64,000 nt of DNA from Tubulanus polymorphus (taxonomy: Eukaryota > Animalia > Nemertea), in contig NC_134030.1 of NCBI RefSeq assembly GCF_964204645.1, forward strand, positions 19,800,210 to 19,864,209. The letters are read 5' to 3'. Below the pieces are notes generated by a model. That model saw nothing but the letters and a program-made list of their open reading frames with translations, had not been told where the DNA came from and did not search any database. The position numbers and the translations under genes are program-made. Of the stretch, positions 51,995 to 64,000 are shown in pieces (position 1 is the first letter of the stretch; each line of letters begins with the position of its first letter).

Positions 51995-54900
51995 ATGGTT
52001 TCGGTTCATTTTGTCGTGTTGATGCTGTTCGGTATGGATCGACTGAGAGTGCTGTTTATAGCGTCGCTGATCGTCTGGCGAGTTAACATCGCACACGCTG
52101 ATCTGTCTGACTCTGTGACGGTCAGTTCGTCTTGTAATATCACTTGGTACCCTGTCGATTCTACGTCCGGTTACATCGTTTCACCGAATTACCCGTCGTT
52201 AACGCGCGGTGTTGAATGTCGTTGGTTCGTCAACAGCTCTTTACCGGGAACTTTCAACATCAAACTATACTACGACATCGAGCCGTCGATATTCTGTAGT
52301 GATAACTACCTTCTCGTCGGTGAGTCCGATAACAGATTCTGCGGTGAAGGAAAACATGAAATCCGCCGTAACGATTCGATGTCGTTGATGTTTAGAAGTA
52401 ACGTCGATGGTGCGCGGGGTAGTCGGGTTTACATCATATATCGTTTAGAACGGAACAATTTGAAATTAATTCACACCTGCGGAAAATACAACGAATTACC
52501 AACATCGATAGGATACAAGTTTGCTATGTTGGTATGGAAATGTAAATTGTATTTAGAATGGATCGGGATCTTGGATGGCTTTGCTATGAATTTCACGTTT
52601 TCGGAGATAAAATTCGAATTATATCCCGGCACCGATCCAGCGACAACTGTTCAAATTCATGACGGATGGAACAGCAGTGAACTTCTTGCTGTAATACCAG
52701 AACAAACCGGGCATCCACCTTCATCCTTTTATACTAAGACAAACAAAGCTATGATCAGTTTCCTACGTGTGCGAAACGTACTTACATCACAACTATCAGT
52801 TCAGATCTATAGAATATCTGAATGGAACGTCTCTAATCCGTTAATTCAAATCTCTAATAACGAGTCTGGAGTGCTCATCCCTGATGACAACAGTTTACAC
52901 GTAATAACTCGATCAAAAAACTTACACTGCTGGTCTATCACAGTGCAGGTGTTACAGTACGTCGTCTTCAACTGGACACGTGATCTCAGCACATCCGGTG
53001 ACGTCATTGGTGTATATAAACTAGAAGGGTTACGTGTTGTAGGAACTGATATTTTACTCGGTTACAACTACCTGGAATCACTGAGTGTTAAATCTGACGG
53101 GTTTCTCGTCATACTGTGCGTTTTAATAAGACCAGGTGTTTTACAATCGAATGTGAAAATTGAATTTGAAGTGAAATCTATTTCCATAAAAGAAGTACGA
53201 GTGGATAAACGCTCGGTGAGTATTGTGCGTTTTAATTTTAAGTTTATGATTTTATTGTGTGTGGATCTCTGTTATTAGGTTTCATGCGTAGAGTTTATGT
53301 TTGTGTTCTGAGAACAAAGTGAAAGTCTTCGAAGCCGACACGAGAAGTTACGCGCACTTTTTCTTGGAGCTCCAGATACTATAACTGCATGTGTAAACGA
53401 TTATTGGGATGATTGAGGGTGGGTTTTTTCACCTAAAATATTTTAGTTGGAAATTTGGATTTCCACCTGAAGAAGAAATTCCATTTTACCAAATCCTAAA
53501 ACACGCTGAAAACAATTGCTGAACGTGACAAAATCATTAATTGACATAGATTTGAAAATGTTGTTATGTTATTAATACTTGAAAAAACAAATGCTGATTT
53601 GTTATATTTTGTAGATATCTGGTAACAGAAAAAGCTACCGCTTGCCTGCTCAAAGATTGTTCCCGACGACAAAGAAGACAACATTATCGTATCGCATAAA
53701 TACCTTAGAATTTAAACGGAAAGTTGATATCTATGATAATTTTAAACTAACAGTTTTATCAGAGACGTGCGAGAGAGCTGGATTTTATATATATGATGGT
53801 GGTAATTTTACAGCTAGACGCTATGGTCCGTATTGTCCTGGTCAGTGGTACAGTCGTAACGTCGTCAGTCTGATTACATCAGGAGGACCGGTTACTGTAG
53901 TAGGATACGCTTATAACTGGCATAAAAACTTAATTGTTAATGGGGGGTCATATCTATTTTTCGCCCCTACTGATTGTGACGGGTATGTTCTGCAGGAAGG
54001 AGAAAATCAGATCAATATGACGTCACACTGCCTCACGATTACACCTGAAAACCGGCGCCTTCCTTTAGAAAATATTTATATATTATCAGAATACGAATAT
54101 CAAATTTACACATGTGTCCGTAGTTCAAATTATTCGTGTCCTCATGTTACTCTTACAACTCAATTACTGAATAACAGTCTCTTATTGAATCATCTGATGA
54201 TAAAAGGAAGTAGTTATAGGTTCTGGAAAGGATCAATGATGATTGTACTAAGACGTAAATGTTTGGTGTTGATGATCTATCAAGATTCCCCGGTACTTTC
54301 CTCTAATCAAATTGCATACATCCCGCCGAAGCGAGAAAAATGTGGAGTCGCACAATCACCGAACTATCCTGGATATGATCAACAACGCCGTAAATCAAGT
54401 TTGTACTACTCATTTCATTACGACAAACATTTGAATTATTACATCAGATTCCTTTTCAAATTTATGGGACACGCCTCGTGCAGCCCTTCTAGTAGTTATA
54501 CTGTTCGAGATCCGTTATTACTGGTACAGACTATTTTGAAACCCGGTAGTGACATCATCCTTATTTGGGGGCTGCGTCGCCACGAGACTAAAATATGTGA
54601 AAATAACGCTGTACCTGGACTTGTATTGTACAGTCTACTCGGGTTTGACCTTTACTTTGAAGCGAAAAACTATATCCCTTTATTTCAAATTCAATACACT
54701 TTAGAACAATCGCCTTCACAAACACATCGAAATAATGACTGCGGATCAGATTTTCTAGATTCAGGTGTTTCGTGTATCAGATACATCAAACATGAACGTC
54801 TGAATTGGGAGAAGGCTGAAATTTACTGTCAACAGAAATACAGTGGACATCTTCTCAGTATCAACTCTGAACATGAAATGATTGCTGTAAAAAAACTGTT

Positions 54901-57900
54901 TGCTACGAATCTTCTTCAGGAGGCGTTTTCACAGGCGGCGCTGATTGTGATGATTGGATTGAAATGGCAGGTAATTTCAAAGTATCGTTATGAACATGTT
55001 TACCAACATTCATTTGGTGTTGAACATGATTTTGAATTTGTTACGAATTCATTCATTCTCTACTAAAAGTATAGAATATTTCATATTAATTGAAACAGAT
55101 TTCTATTAGTCAACGTATAAAATGTAACATGATCTTAATTTGATAAACTCAATTCAGTCGCTTGATATAAGTTAGATATCCAAAAGCTAATCGTCATGAA
55201 CACTTCTAAAACCATTTCGATCAATGAAACTGAATTTGTTTTGAGCAGGATGATGGTTATTACACGTGGACTGATGGAAAACCATTGAGCTACACAGAAT
55301 GGTTTAGACCTGCTGTGATAAACGAAACGATACCAGAAGTTATTCAAGGATTGATATCTCCTCTACGAAAACAACCGATAAATGACGTCAATATGCCGTG
55401 TACGGCGATGATTCTGAATAATCCACGAGGATCAGCGAACTGGGTTCGATTCCCGTGTCAAATCGAGGAGACTCGAACAACTTTCATTTGTGAAAAAGAT
55501 AAAGATAACTCCTCATCGACTAAAAATCACAAATTACCTGTTGCAGAAAAAAACTATACTTATTATTCGGGGATATTGGAATCAGATAACTCCACGTGTT
55601 TAAAGGGATGGATTGGTATAGAAGGACATTGCTATCAGATACTTACAGCCTGGGATACTCACAGATTGTCGATTCGGGAAGCTGAGGAAATGTGTCAAAC
55701 AATTGGTGGTGAAATAGGTATAGTATCCAATGATGTTATAATTCAGCATTTGATTCAAATATTTCATTATGAACATCAATATGGTGCTGTACTGGTGAAG
55801 GCTACGGATAGTGAATTTCTTGCTCTGAATCCAGTTTTGACCAGAGATGAAATAACATATAAAAAAACGGTGAAATGGTCAGTGACTGCCTTTGATAATG
55901 TCGCAGATGTAGCGCATTCAGTGCTATGTTCCTATAATGTAACTGATGAAGAGTTGACTTCTATAAAAAGGTGTAAATCGTGGCAATTTGAATGTAACGA
56001 TCAAAGATGTATCAGTGACCATCGCGTATGTGATACCAGAAACGACTGTCAACACGGTGAAGATGAACTCGATTGTTCAGATATAAACTGGCGCAGTCAG
56101 TTCCACTGTATTGATGGAAGAGTTATATCAGTTAGTAATTTGTGTGATTTTGTACGAGATTGCGCTGACGGATCTGATGAGAACTCGTGCTATCATACTT
56201 CATGTTCCTCTGAACAGTTTAAGTGTAGCAATGGACAATGTGTGGGTTTATATAATCGATGTGATGGACTGGTTGATTGTAAAGATAAATCTGATGAGAT
56301 CGGCTGCTCTTCAGATGAATGTAACGGGTTTCTGTGTGTAAATGGTGAATGTATCAGTTCTCTGTTGTATCGGGATGGTGTTGTAGATTGTGCTGGTAGC
56401 CTCGAAGAAGATGAGATTGTCACCAACATAACAGTTACACCAAAGATTCACTGTACTACAGAGAACTACTGTACGACTAATTTCACAAACTTATGTAAGA
56501 AATCCGATGAACAAAGATGTTCTTTCGATTCTCCTCACTGTTATTCTAGACGTCACAGGTGTATTTTAGAAAGGAGGCCGATTGGTTACCCGGTATGTAG
56601 AAGGCTCGAACATATACAAGGTTGTACTGATTTCAAATGTCCAGCTGGTGCTGCAAAATGTCCAGCATCTTACTGTATACCGATGGGACAGGTGTGCGAT
56701 GGTCGATCCGATTGTCCTAACTCAGAAGATGAGCGAAACTGCAAGACTTTGTCGTGTCCCGGCATGTTTAAATGTGGCCATGAAAACCGATGCATACCTC
56801 AATCTGAAGTTTGTGATGGTGTCGTCAATTGTAAACATACCACTGATGACGAAGCTTTCTGTGACGTCATATGTCCAAAGGTATGTAAATGTCAAGGTCA
56901 TTTGATTGATTGCGATCATGCTGATTTCGAAGAAATTACTGATCTTTTCTCGGCATCAACTCGAGTTCTGATGTTATCAAGAAACCGAGTTGTATTCAAT
57001 GATTCCACATTTTCTTCGTACCTCTATCTACATTTCCTTAATATTTCACGTAACAATTTGTCTTATATTGTTCCAAACTCGTTCTCAAACCTGCATAATC
57101 TACATACATTAGATCTAGCTTATAACCGCATAATATCATTTTCCGCGAATACATTCGCCGGTTTGTATAGTTTGAAAATGCTTTTGATTTTTGGAAATTC
57201 AGTGAGATATTTAGAAGAAGGCAGTTTTCATGGTTTAAAGTCATTAAGCGATCTCGATCTTCACGGACTTTCCTTGTCGTTACTCGGTGGAAATGTGTTC
57301 CGTGGTTTATCAGCTTTAGAGTCGTTAAATATCAGCAGTAACGTGATCAAATATATTTCACCAAATGCGTTCGCCGGATTAACAAAACTAAGAAATCTGG
57401 ATCTAACCAAAAATTCTGAAGTCATATCCGTACAAAGAAACGTTTTTGACAGTCTTACATTATTGAGTTCTTTGGCTTCTGACGCGTACAAATTTTGTTG
57501 CATGGTTCCGAAAGTTGACCAGTGTCTCCCGGAAGCCGACCAATTTTCATCTTGTTCCGACCTGATGGGTAACACTGTTCTTAGAGCAATCATTTGGGCG
57601 ATCGCTTCATTCAGCTTTTTTGCAAACATCATCGTAATTTTACTTCGCGTTCAAGCGTTACGCATTTCATCCTCTGAATCACGTAACACATCCTCTGATA
57701 TCCTAATCATTAATATTGCCACCTGCGATTTTCTCATGTCAATTTATCTTTTTCTGATCGCTGGAGCCGATTACGTCTATAAAGGTGTTTATTTCCTCAA
57801 TTCTGAAATGTGGACAGATAGTTCACTGTGTCGACTCGCTGGGATTTTAGTAACTCTTTCGTGCGAAGGGTCTTTGCTTTTTCTCCTGATTCTAACCCGT

Positions 57901-58479
57901 CAAAGATACTCGAATATCGTCGATCCATTTTCTGGAAGCCCAATTATATCATCGACATATGTGGCCGGTATTTGCTGTATATGCTGGATCATTTTGGGCA
58001 ACATTTCAATGCTACCGCTGTCGTCATCTTCTTATTTCGGACATAACTTTTACGGCACAACTGGTGTTTGTTTACCTATGAATTTACTATCCATCGATGT
58101 CCACGCCTGGCAATATTCATTCGCTATTTTTGCCGTGTTTAACTCGGTCGTACTTGCTACAATAATGATGACGTATGCACAGATGTATAGACTCGTATCT
58201 GGAAGCAGGTCCGGCTCGGGTAGAGCTGATCCTACCGAATTGGTTCTGGCACGTAGGAGTTTAGTGATAAATCTGTGTAATTTATTTTGCTGGTTACCGA
58301 TAATTATCGTTCAGTTTTGCGCTGTATTCCGAGTAGAAATACCGAACCAAGTGGCGGCTTGGTTGGCGGTACTTTTCCTACCGATCAACTCGTCACTGAA
58401 TCCACTTCTTTATACCATCCTCACTATTGATATTAAATCTATTCGGGCCAGAAATAGACGCGTTTTGAAAACTCGCTGA
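51995..58479 (+). CDS. GRL101-like CUB/CTL/LDLa/LRR GPCR, copy 4: join(51995..53215,53615..54970,55249..58479), 1935 aa
   Basis: Same structure as the other copies, with a 12-bp in-frame deletion in exon 1 (CGKY-NELP). Confidence 0.92.
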
Positions 58480-59143
58480 ACCATTCGACAGTCAAACCCT
58501 GACTATGCACTCTAATCAGAATGCTGCGAAATCTTTTCAGATGAAATATATTTAATTACATAAACAAATACGTAGCAAACGTGTGGACTCGAGAACGAAC
58601 TGATACTTGCTTATACGTTCCAATAAAAAAAAAACTGACGACACTTCAAGATTATATCGCAAAATAATGAAATCATCGAATGGGTTTCGAATCGTGTCCA
58701 GAAATACGACGTAGCGATAAGAATACACGCTAGGAGAGCTGAGTAATGTCATCTAATATGAGTTGTAACACCGATTATCCTGACAGTTAATTACGTTTAT
58801 TTAATATCAGGATGATTTAATAAATTATGTAAGCTGGAAATAAAAGTGCCAAATAGTGGTGCATGTTCTACGTTCATCGATTTTAAACCGTATTTGAGCG
58901 CTTCAATGTTTAATCGAAGGATAAAGCTTGCGTTGCTTTCGTCCATTCAAAGTCCTACGCCCGGAGGAGGTGGGATCACTTCGAATCCGTGTCGATCCAT
59001 ATGGACATTATCGGCGCTGTTAAAGGTGATCTACGTCTTTTGAATTCAGTCGTGTTCAGTATGTTCTTGCCAGTTTCTCGTTTATTAATCTTTCATAGCC
59101 TCGGCCTTCAACATCCCCTAACAAAGGATAAGTATCGTCTAAT

Positions 59144-59419
59144 GCACTGAGGTGTACTCGGGCCCACAACGCGAACGACAATTGAATCAATCGGTCAACA
59201 CTGATCAGAATGATTACCGAGTTCCGATGCATCTTCGCCGTGTGCCGAAGTCCGCCACAGTCCACAGTAAACACCACCGACACTCCGAAAAAAATAATTC
59301 AAATATCGGAATTTTTCCAAGCCGTACGTCCACAACGATACGTATTCCTTCAATGAGGTGAAGCAAAATATCGCAACCAGGTATTTTAGGATGGCAAATA
59401 TTCTGAGCAGGTGGTACGT
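59144..59419 (-). pseudogene. Frameshifted fragment of the 2441 GPCR in the tandem unit
   Basis: HTAKMHRNSVIILISVDRLIQLSFALWARVHL, with indels relative to the parent gene. Confidence 0.8.
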
Positions 59420-61218
59420 ACAAATTTGTAAATTCGAGAAAAAACAATTGTAAGAAATAACCGTGAAAATTAGCGTTCGAACCCCTAAGCCCTCGGTTGC
59501 CTGGAGACTAGTGACCGGCGGCTAAAAACCACTCGGCCAATGCGCCTCTTACATGAGTTCATAGAAGATTTGGCTAGTGTATTGAGCTTGGATCAAAATT
59601 TCCACCAGTTGTGATCTAGATGCTTAGTATACGTTAGTATACTGAACGGCATGATCGATGACCAACAATATTCACCATTGAATATACGATTTACTCACCT
59701 GTTGCACTGAAGGTTTGGGTTACTGATATTTCTGATCGATGAACCATGCTCACGAATCGGTGTGCAAATACATTTTCTAAAAGGAGTTTAATACAAATAT
59801 ACAGTTTGACAGGTTGTAGTGCAGTTCGGTCGTCAAAACAACTGACGAAAATTGTAATGAATACAATACATGTAGTTAATCTATCATGTGAAACTGAATT
59901 AACTCACAAACATCAGTTTAAGTACCGTACTGCTATTTCCAAAATTTCGATGTATTAAATTAGGCAGCCAAGAAAATTCACCCCCAATCAGTCGATTTCC
60001 GGTTAAGACTGAATGGAAGATTGTTTGAATGAACCGGAACCGAATTTCCCAATTATGTACTTTGAGCAAAAAACTTTTGTAAACTCGACCGTCGATCACA
60101 CAACTATATCTGTACTTCGATTATCGATTGTAAAACTAAACCCCCTGTTACGCTCCCGGCAGGTTTGGTGGATTTGTAAGGGACACTCAATCAAAAAATC
60201 AAACGAAATTTACCAACCAAATAAATAACAGGGACAATCCCTATTTTAGGAAAAAAAACAGAAATGAAGAAGAGCCACAATTCAAAGTATACACGATAAA
60301 CTCTAACTCCGCCCTTGAATTGTGCCGCATTCTTAGGCAGTTTTTACTCCAAGTCTTCAAATCACGAGGAATGCACGTATCACAGAGGGCCGCATTACGT
60401 CACTGCAGAAAATGCGTCTCGTGGAGAAAATGGTGCAAGGCGGGGATTTAACAAAACTGTTTAGATGATATAAAAGATGATGTGTTTTTCTGCTATCGTG
60501 AATATGTATTGTTAAAGGTTTTGAATACATATGGATTTAAAAACTTCTCGCTGCATTTCCCTTTAAGAGGACACCAAGAATAGTCAATCAATCACCAAAG
60601 CTGTGCAATTATTTGGTTTTACTTCAATTTGTATTTGAAGAATATATAGTATCGCGCGCAGTATTTTTCATCCATTCGTCGACTGTTCTGGCTCGAGAAA
60701 ACGAGATATTGTCATTTCGAAAGTATAATACGTTGGAAGAGCGACTAAGGTAAGCGTAGTGATAAAATATTCAAATTTAACGATAAAAATGATACCTTGT
60801 TCCTCAAAAGCTTAAAAGTTGACCCGGCCGGCCGCCGCCTATCTACCCTATACATTATTCTAAAAAAAAGAAACTATTATCAGCCATTCGACAACAAGAC
60901 GCGGCGGCTATTGAAACGAATGGATTACAAATTCTATTGAAATTTACAAAATAACCCGGGCGCTGCGGAGAAACAGGGTGTCTTTTTTAGCCTAAAATAA
61001 TATACTCCGATACGTACAGCAGCAATTTCAGTTGCCGGAATCTAAAATACGACACATGACTAAATACTTTTTTCTGCTGAAAATCATGCATCGATTAATT
61101 GATCAATGACGTGTCACTGATCATACCGTTTAGCATAGTAGTATATTCTACGGTTATATGTAGATTTTCACCGATGGAGATCTCAATATAAATTACATAA
61201 AATTCATAACCAAATTCA

Positions 61219-61264
61219 TTATTCCTGAAGATGACTATTAGGATATAGTCGAAACGTTGAATAA
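61219..61264 (+). ncRNA. Minimal type I hammerhead ribozyme, second copy
   Basis: Identical to 13687-13732 and within the same TSD-flanked insertion. Confidence 0.8.
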
Positions 61265-63214
61265 ACTACTAAGCTCAAAGTAACATTTTCGGACTTTTTC
61301 TTATCATTGTGGGATTCTCTCTACATCGCGTCAACACGGATATAGTGTTCTATCAATCGCGTTCATAACCAAATTTTTCTATAATAAATGATTTTCTATA
61401 ATTGAGGTTAGTAACTAATTTCAAACGAATATCTTTTGACTAGATCATTTAGGCTGAGGAACCAAACTTGGAAGCGACTCTGAAGACAAAAAATGAATTA
61501 TCGATGATTATCTATATTAGATATTTGAAGCTTATCACTCACGGAAAGAAACGACAGAGACTTGTTCCTGCGATGCCCAAACACTAGCAATGCGGCCGCC
61601 CTGCACTCACTTCATAGCACGGCATTCAAACCAGCGATTCAAACCCGTTACACTGCTCTGCACTAAATCAAAAATACATCAAGTATTCTTTATGAATTTT
61701 TGACTATATCTATTATCAGTTCCTTTTTTTCTGTGTAGCTGCGTTATTTCAAACCTGGCCCATTCTCTGACGAAAAGGTTTGCTCATTGAGAGCCTATTT
61801 GAAAACTGTCGCAATATCAATTTTCTTTTTGAATTTTTGAAAATGCCAAATTGCAAATATAGTAGTAAATTAGATTCAATAAAACTGCGAGTAAATAAAT
61901 CAATTGTCGGGTTGTTGACTGTTTATGATTCATCGGTCAGAGTTTTCAAAGTGATCAGAAGTGCCATTCTATCGGCGGTGAAGAACATTCATCGTCAATT
62001 AAAAAAGACTACTCGTAAGCAAAAGTCCAAAATCTCCCTAATCAATTATTTCAGTCCCAGGGTTTAAATGTTTCATATGCATCCATCCATTAAGATATTT
62101 AGAGTTTTCTGTCCTAGTTCCCGATCGGCGATTTTCCTGTGACTTCACGCAACCACGTATGAAACTGGGGAAAACAATACAAATACAGTTTTAATATGCT
62201 TTAAATGAAATCCATTTTCGTAGTTCATTGATGCTTCGATTTTTTGTTTATGAAATAGTAAGTATCATCTGCAAACATCGTGCAATCTAAGATGTCTATA
62301 GATTATATCAGCAATAGGTGCCGAATATAAAGAGTAAATAAAACTGGCCCCAGAACTGAACCTTGGGGACTTCCATATCGAAAATCAGCAATATTACTAA
62401 TTTTACCGTTTGTAACAACTTTGTGTGTACATTCCTGAAGGTGCCTAAGATTTGAAATAATTCTGTTTTGAAGCTGATTAGCGGCCATACGTTCGAGCAT
62501 CTTTGTGGCTACAGGTAAGTAAGAAAATGATCTATCAATATTCAATTAGTATAGATTTAAAAGTTTTGGTTTTTATCAATTGCTTAACCGAGCATGATTT
62601 TAACTAAACTGTTCGTAGGTACAACACCGGTTTCCAAAGAGCATTTCATAAATGGCTTATGCGAGCTTTCAACTTAAATTTCGTGTTGGGCGGTGATTTA
62701 TTGATAGGCCGTCTAGAAGACTGAGAACCGCATATTTTTTTTTAAACTTTCTTTCAAAATCAATTCTGCAAGATCTAGCGGTTTGAAATCAAATAAATTC
62801 GTTTCGTTGAAATTTTCGTCATCTTGAATTGATGCTAATGTAGAAAAGCATTGAATAATGATTTTGAGGTTCATCGTTAATATTCAATGATTCTATAACT
62901 AAAATTACGTTCGGGTTGAATGTGTTCTGGTGAAATACGTAATGTCTAATGACGAAATTCGTGTTTGAACAAATTGGAAAAAAAAAACAAAATTGGAATT
63001 AATTGGCGCCTTAGGAATTTTGGTAAGCAACGTGGAATCTAGAAATTATTGCTAATTGGAAAACAGATCTTTATGCAAAAAATCCAAACATTTCAAATCT
63101 AGAATCGGTTTAGAACTAATTGCGGCAGTAACTAAAAAATCAACTTAAAAGAAGTCACAGCAAATTCTCTGATTGGACGAACTGCAATTTGTGCTCAGTT
63201 GTTATTCGACGAAA

Positions 63215-64000
63215 ATGGTTTCGGTTCATTTTGTCGTGTTGATGCTGTTCGGTATGGATCGACTGAGAGCGCTGTTTATAGCGTCGCTGGTCGTCTGGCG
63301 AGTTAACATCGCACACGCTGATCTGTCTGACTCTGTGACGGTCAGTTCGTCTTGTAACAACACTTGGTACCCGGTCGATTCTACGTCCGGTTACATCGTT
63401 TCACCGAATTACCCGTCGCTAACGCGCGGTGTTGAATGTCGTTGGTTCGTCAACAGCTCTTTACCGGGAACTTTCAACATCAAACTATACTACGACATCG
63501 AGCCGTCGATATTCTGTAGTGATAACTACCTTCTCGTCGGTGAGTCCGATAACAGATTCTGCGGTGAAGGAAAACATGAAATCCGCCGTAACGATTCGAT
63601 CTCGTTGATGTTTAGGAGTAACGTCGATGGTGCGCGGGGTAGTCGGGATTATCTCATATATCGTTATGAACGAGACAATTTGAAATTATTTCTTAACTGC
63701 AGGAACATTTTTCATAGAATAAACAAATTACAAACACCGAGAGGATACAAATTCGCAATATATTTAAATCGTTGTCAATTATATTTGGAATGGATCGGGA
63801 TCCCGGACGGTTTTGCGATTAATTTGACGTTTACACAGGTCGATTTCAGATTATATCCTGGCGCTCATTCAGCGACAACTGTTCAGATTTACGACGGATG
63901 GAACATCACCAGTGAACCTATAGCTGTTATACCAGAACAAACCGGACATCCACCTTCATCATTCTATACTAAAACTAACAAAGCGATTATTGATACACAT
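63215..64000 (+). CDS. GRL101-like receptor copy 5, exon 1, truncated by the window end
   Basis: ATG at 63215 (MVSVHFVVLMLFGMDRLRALF...) with an open frame to 64000. It is absent from the ORF track, probably because no stop codon is reached. Confidence 0.85.
   Translation, partial: MVSVHFVVLMLFGMDRLRALFIASLVVWRVNIAHADLSDSVTVSSSCNNTWYPVDSTSGYIVSPNYPSLTRGVECRWFVNSSLPGTFNIKLYYDIEPSIFCSDNYLLVGESDNRFCGEGKHEIRRNDSISLMFRSNVDGARGSRDYLIYRYERDNLKLFLNCRNIFHRINKLQTPRGYKFAIYLNRCQLYLEWIGIPDGFAINLTFTQVDFRLYPGAHSATTVQIYDGWNITSEPIAVIPEQTGHPPSSFYTKTNKAIIDTH

Larger units (their letters stand above)
11118..64000 (+). repeat. Tandem segmental duplication array, 4 complete units plus a partial 5th
   Basis: Receptor ATGs at 16750, 26983, 39356, 51995 and 63215 give periods of 10233, 12373, 12639 and 11220 bp. 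Intergenic blocks repeat in the same order, with unit-specific deletions. Confidence 0.97.

Overview
AT-rich eukaryotic genomic DNA with GT-AG introns, LINE/SINE/MITE debris and no prokaryotic features. The gene content suggests an invertebrate, probably a lophotrochozoan; this is an inference. Bases 1-11.3 kb hold two convergent intronless class A GPCR genes inside a decayed ~8.6-kb inverted duplication, plus repeats. From ~11.1 kb to the window end lies a head-to-tail array of a 10.2-12.6 kb unit (4 complete copies plus a partial 5th). Each unit carries a 3-exon ~1935-aa receptor: signal peptide, several CUB-like domains, two C-type-lectin-like domains, about 7 LDLa repeats, LRRs and an LGR-type 7TM (GRL101-like). 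Its ectodomain has hypervariable, mosaic patches while the 7TM is nearly invariant. Units 1-4 also carry a small spliced gene that the ORF track misses, lying upstream of the receptor on the same strand. It has TATA+Inr, a non-coding exon, a signal-peptide exon and a mature exon encoding a 26-residue C-C-CC-C-C inhibitor-cystine-knot (knottin/toxin-like) peptide; the unit-2 copy has lost Cys1. All variable sites in the mature exon change the amino acid. Both coding exons are deleted in unit 5, whose receptor has the most divergent second CUB-like domain. A minimal type I hammerhead ribozyme in a TSD-flanked Penelope-like insertion lies in intron 1 of the peptide gene in units 1 and 5. The co-amplified knottin-plus-receptor cassette is the main candidate for an undescribed system. 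Any functional coupling between the two genes is a hypothesis.
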